Both the position numbers and the translations under genes were made by a program. Positions 61,470 to 64,000 of a stretch of 64,000 nucleotides of DNA are shown here, piece by piece. Position 1 is the stretch's first letter, and each line of letters opens with the position of its first letter. Source of the DNA: Octopus sinensis (taxonomy: Eukaryota); NCBI RefSeq assembly GCF_006345805.1, contig NC_043010.1, positions 33,480,001-33,544,000 on the forward strand, given 5' to 3'. A model generated the notes under the pieces. The model had not been told where the DNA came from. It saw nothing but the letters and a program-made list of their open reading frames with translations, and made no database searches.

Positions 61470-61620
61470 CTTTCATCATCATCATCATTTAGCGTCCGCT
61501 TTCCATGCTAGCATGGGTTGGACGGTTCAACTGGGGTGCGTGAAGCTGGAAGGCTTCGTCAGGCCCAGTCAGATCTGGCAGTGTTTCTACGGCTGGATGC
61601 CCTTCCTAACGCCAACCACA
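61470..61620 (-). mobile_element. RTE 3' tail fragment
   Basis: CATCATCATCATTTAGCGTCCGCTTTCCATGCTAGCATGGG. Confidence 0.85.
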
Positions 61621-61899
61621 TATATACACATACACAATAGGCTTCTTTCAGTTTCCGCCTACCAAATCCACTCACAAGGCTTTAGTCAGCCCAAGGCTAT
61701 AATAGAAGACACTTGCCCTATGTGCCACGCAGTGAAACTGAACCTGGAACCATTTAGTTGATATATATATAAGGGTAAAATTAATTAATTAATCAATCAG
61801 TCATGTTGATTCATTATTTTTCTCTTTGCTTACATAAAAAAGTGTGTTACTATCTGGGAGATTCTTACGGTGGGTCCCAATAGCATATGCTAGTTTACC

Positions 61900-62300
61900 C
61901 CCACTGCATCATGCTGGTTCTGTACCCCCTTGAGCAAATTCACTCATCCGTCCACAAACATTCTCTGAGCTTTCCTATCATTTATAAACTCTCTTGCCTC
62001 TCTCACTCCAATTCTTCTAACCACAAAGCTTTCCTCATTCCATCCATCCACACAAACCAAAGTCTACCTCTAGTTCTCCTGCCTACCACTTCTGCCTTCC
62101 TCATCCTCCTTACTATCTGCTCCTCATCCAACCTCTCCATATGGCCAAACCACCTCAATATTCATCTATCCATTTTGGTTGTTAGTTTTTCTCTCATTCC
62201 TGCTCACCTTCGCACCTCCTCATTCCTCATCCTGTCCATCCATGTTACACTAACCATAGCCCTCAAACATCACATCTCAGACACATCTAGTTGCCCTCCC
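61900..62300 (-). pseudogene. LINE ORF2 C-terminal remnant (RTE-like, another family)
   Basis: Minus frame CLRAMVSVTWMDRMRNEEVRR and LRWFGHMERLDEEQIVRRMRKAEVVGRRTRGR. Confidence 0.8.
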
Positions 62301-62449
62301 CCCACGTTTCTGCACCATATAACATTGTCAACACAACCACACCCTCATACACCCCTATTTTCACTTTCATACTCAGCCTTTTATCTTGCACTTCTAAATA
62401 CACAAAATATTTTAACATTTTTTAAATACAATTGCTAATAATTAATTAT

Positions 62450-62590
62450 AACAATTCTGCTGAGGTCGACTTTGCCTTTCATCCTTTCGGGGTCGATAAA
62501 TTAAGTACCAATTGCATACTGGGGTCGATCTAATCAACTAGCCTTCTCCTCCAAAATTTCAGGCCTTGTACCTAGAGTAGAAAAGAATAT
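62450..62590 (+). mobile_element. SINE family B, 3' part
   Basis: GAGGTCGACTTTGCCTTTCATCCTTTCGGGGTCGATAAATTAAGTACC. Confidence 0.8.
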
Positions 62591-63574
62591 TTAGTTATAA
62601 GAATATAATAGGATTTTTTAAATAGCAAATGGCTACAGCAGTCCATCCAATTAAGATAGGAAACAAAAAAGGGTCCACAGACAAAAAAAATATAGTTGAG
62701 AACCCCTAGCAGTGCACCAGCATGGCCACCATCTAATGACTGAAACAAGTAATAGAAAAAGGGATAAAAATTTAAAATATAAAGAAGAAAGAAAAAAATA
62801 ACATACATGGTGTACCAACGGGATTTGAACCTAGATCAGAAGAGTTGGCAGCAGGAAGCAATTAAAGTTCAGTAGTGTGAGAAGGGTGAAGAAGGTTTGA
62901 AGAGAAGGGCATGAAATGAATTATTGGTTAACCCTTCAACTTTCAACTGTTATTAAGTGCATAGTCTGACAAAAAAATAAAATATAATCTGTCTCCTCTT
63001 TCTCTCTTTATTCTCTGTATTCCTCATTCTCTTTCTTTCTCCATTTAAAAATGGCAACTGATTGACCTCTCTGACACCTCAGACCTCAGGGAGGACCAGT
63101 GGAGAGTATGAGTGGGGTAGAATGACACAAGTATGTTCATCCTCCTGTAAAGAAAGAAAGAAAAAAAAAAAGAAAAAATACCCATCATCACCATCACCAA
63201 CTCTGCTAATATTCTCTAAAAGTACCCTCAATGAAACTGTTGCACTAAAAGGTAGTACCCTGCTCCCTGTTCTTTTTTTGTATATTATTTTCTCTTTACA
63301 TACACTTCAAAACAAAAGTTTCTTTATGTACAAACAACTAAGCATAAAAAGAAAACACAAGCACACACAGGAATAGATACACATGGACTCACACAGACAA
63401 CCATTCAAGAACATAGACACACATGTATGAGCACAGTGTTAGGAAGCAAGCAAGTTTAAACAAAACAAAACAAAATCCCATAAAATGCCTAGTATACTGT
63501 TAAAAAACACTATTATTAAATAAAGAGCCAGTGAAGTACTGGTCCATGTAATTCACTGTAGCTCACCCCCACCC

Positions 63575-63955
63575 CCAGCAGAGCTGGCACAGTCATTAGC
63601 ACATCAGACAAATGGCTTAGTGGTATTTTTTTTCCAGCTATTTATGTTCTGAGTTCAGATCCCACCTAAGTCATATTTGCCTTTTATCCCTCCAGGGTTG
63701 ATAAAATAATAATACTTGTCAAATACTAGGGTTGATGTAATCAACTTGTCCAAAACACCCGTTAAAAATTGCTGGCCTTGTGCCAAAATGAGAAAGAATT
63801 GTTATTAAGGTGCAGGCATGGCTGTGCTTCCCAGCCACATGGTTTCAGGTTCAGTCCCACAGCACGGCACCTTGGATAAGTGTCTTCTATAGCCTCAGGC
63901 CAACCAGAGCTTTGTGAGTGTATTCAGTAGACAGAAGCTGAAAGAAGCTTGCTGT
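63575..63955 (+). mobile_element. SINE family B followed by SINE family A head
   Basis: GAGCTGGCAC head at ~63580; GGTGCAGGCATGGCTGTG head at ~63810. Confidence 0.7.
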
Positions 63956-64000
63956 ATACACCATACAGGCATATCTCTTGCATCCCTCTCCAGGTGAGCA

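Noticed and set aside
61887-62438. 183-aa ORF
   Set aside because: Antisense shadow of a LINE ORF2 remnant.

Overview
AT-rich eukaryotic genomic DNA, not prokaryotic. From recall of its repeat families it looks like a coleoid cephalopod (Octopus-like) genome; this is inference, not a database result. Most of the window is interspersed repeats and microsatellites. There are three tRNA-headed SINE families (A, B, C; about 50 copies or fragments, representative ones listed, boundaries approximate). There is one 5'-truncated, frameshifted RTE-clade LINE (~34660-36580) with a PHD finger inside its ORF2, plus older LINE remnants (RTE, CR1/L2-like, R4/Dong-like). DNA elements include Tc1/mariner, hAT and TTAA/piggyBac-like MITEs and Helitron-type elements. 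Nearly all ORFs in the supplied track are microsatellite or SINE read-through artefacts. I recognise no host protein by homology. Two CpG-retaining promoter-like regions (~5.0-5.3 kb and ~48.1-49.9 kb) and several minus-strand GT-AG exon candidates suggest the window is largely intronic, but these models are low confidence. The most notable structures are long near-perfect hairpins, short locally templated duplications next to SINEs, a nested Helitron with an internal empty-site control, and a possible Helitron-captured exon. I found no clearly new biological system.
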